Translations under genes and position numbers: made by a program
Origin: Epiperipatus broadwayi
Lineage: Eukaryota > Animalia > Onychophora
NCBI GenBank assembly: GCA_028023455.1
Contig: JAQFVV010000005.1
Coordinates: forward strand, 13,702,001-13,766,000
DNA length: 64,000 nt
Direction of reading: 5' to 3'
Notes under the pieces: model-generated
Told to the model about the DNA's origin: nothing
Databases searched by the model: none
What the model saw: only the letters and a program-made list of their open reading frames with translations
In this document: in pieces, positions 61,895-64,000 of the stretch
How positions within the stretch are numbered: position 1 is the stretch's first letter
Layout: every line of letters starts with the position of its first letter

Positions 61895-63350
61895 TGTAAT
61901 GATCAGATTTGTACACTCATGTAACAAATCCAGAGTCCAAGCAAAATATATCAAAGCTGACCGGAGTGAGGTGGTTGAGACCTCTAATCCGACCAAACTT
62001 CAACCCATTTGCTAGTACTCCATAATTTAACACCCTATGAGTGACATTTCTGAGGTTATACTCAGTCTTCATTTAACCGTGAGCTGGCATGGGACAGGGA
62101 GAAGCATTATACTCGAGAGGTCACTATTGACTTATTAAATGGGTGGTGTAGAGCGTTTAACACACTATTTATCTTAACTACAGAGATATATACACAGCAT
62201 ATAAAATCATTAAGAAATTGGGGTAATGGAATTTGGATTGGATACAATAATGTGGATTGGTTTGAAATAGACCATGAACAAAAAAGATATAGAACAATTT
62301 ATTTTTTAAAATGTTTATTAAAACAATAACGATATAAATTAAAGTAACACAAGGTCAAGGATTATATAACCTTACATATGTATATTTAACAGGCAGGCAT
62401 TTTATAATGAATGAGACTGTGATCAGTACAGCCATCTCATTAATATATTAAAATAAAGTGTATGCAGTTCATAGATCATGCCTAATTATTTTAACATGCC
62501 CATCTTATTGTTCTTGGTTTGCTAAAGTTATAAGTGATAGCTTAGCAGAGATGATGGATACATACAGCTCTAAGATGGTTGTTATATATATTAATAAAGT
62601 GAGCAAATAAATAAGCTCAATAGCATGCAGATTCAACCTGATAACCAAGATTCAAACTCCAGTCCAAAGTTGAATAGTTAATTAATAAGTAGGAAAAGAA
62701 CTTGTTACCTTTAGATTCACATATATATGCTATGGCGCTTTATAAAATATTAAAGAGTAGGCTTGCAGTGCGAATGAGTGATTATTCAGGAGCTTCAGCA
62801 TCAAATGCTCGGTTTGCTCTTAGACTAGACAGTTTGCTGCTAATTATATATGAACAGATAAGTTCAGAAACTCGGATTGGCTTTATGAAAACGACCTGAA
62901 CCCTCATGTTTCAGTTGTAATAAAGATAGCCATACCCGAACTAACGATGGAGCGGTATGTCACCGTGAACCCATTTGAAAGGTGCAGCAAAATGTAAACA
63001 CATGTACTATATAAAGACACACTCGCAATGCACACACAATAGAACAATACATATGCATATAATTAATTAAGTGCGCCTAAAACAGATAGCTTCTATCTGT
63101 CAAACTAACTCAACCCAGTTCCTAAAGTAGCAATATAATTATGCTAATATAAAGGACTTAAATTATATGATAATCTAGCTAAAATCCTGAATCTTCATAT
63201 ATATATAATCATAATTAAGGAGGGAATGTATATTTGATGGGAATTAATATAAACATTAACAAATATACTTTATTATCATCTCTAGCCAGTATATCCTCTC
63301 TAACTAATAGATATCAAAAGTCATAATATATAAAACTGACTAAGCAAACC
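61895..63350 (-). mobile_element. 5'-truncated family A LTR-like copy on the minus strand
   Basis: The reverse complement ends ...gatcattaca flanked by ATAT (61891-61894). It contains the conserved 3' block and the gaaacatgagggtt motif. Confidence 0.65.
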
Positions 63351-64000
63351 TTGCAAAATATATTGCAATTTATAATATATAAAATCAGGATAACGAGCGG
63401 TTAGTCTGAAGATATTGAATGATAGGAACTTGGTAGGGATTTTGATGCACAAAGCTACTAACATTCATAGATTATTATGATTTGCACTGGGTGCTACTAC
63501 TGATGGAGAGTATTGCTACTGTTCTAACAGATTATGTAAGCATAAGAAATGGTGATAAGGTAATGTGTTAGTGGTTAGAAGCAAATAAAATGTTTAATTT
63601 AGTTAAAAGAGATTAAAATCTTTCAGAGATATTCTGAAAAGTTTATATTTACGTTAAAAGACACCAGCCAATAATTAGATGAATAAGACATTTGTTTAAT
63701 CTATTGAAAACCCAATTCGTTAGTAAAAAAACACTTCAGAAAATAAAAGCAGAAGAAAAACACACACACAGAGAGGGGAAAATTTATAGAACATTATTAC
63801 AGGTCAAAAAAGGTTATTAATATGATCTAGAAAAAGAACATTAATGGCTAGCTAGATTGATGGCATATAGAAAAATTGCTAAAATTTTTCAGTGTTTAAT
63901 GTTGAAATCTATTCATTTTTATACAAAACATTCATAATACTCTGAAGTGTTGTAGTTGTAATATTTTCCCTTTGATTCAAACATTAACAATTAGTTTTTC

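Overview
AT-rich eukaryotic (probably arthropod-like; inferred) DNA made almost entirely of nested transposable elements. No host protein-coding gene could be confidently identified. The main element is a full-length Ty3/Gypsy LTR retrotransposon (40517-48537). It has ~1.74-kb LTRs, an ATAT target-site duplication (TSD), a tRNA-Lys-like primer-binding site (PBS), and gag-PR-RT-RH-IN interrupted by one in-frame stop and one frameshift. Other LTR material: a 1.65-kb solo LTR with an ATAT TSD, five copies of a ~2.7-3.3-kb LTR-like family, and a second, pol-less Gypsy gag remnant split by a complete Buster-type hAT transposon (8-bp TSD GTTTAAAG). DNA transposons include three decayed piggyBac (PGBD4-like) copies, two Merlin/IS1595 fragments and MITEs. 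An L1/Tx1 RT fragment and two families of Penelope-like repeats carrying minimal type I hammerhead ribozyme motifs are also present. The most notable observations are splice-site-flanked, coding-like cassettes inside the long LTRs, hammerhead-bearing tandem and inverted repeats, a hairpin-core array inside one LTR, and unusual termini, PBS and CpG-loss pattern in the Gypsy element. All alignments and counts were made by eye, and boundaries of old elements are approximate.
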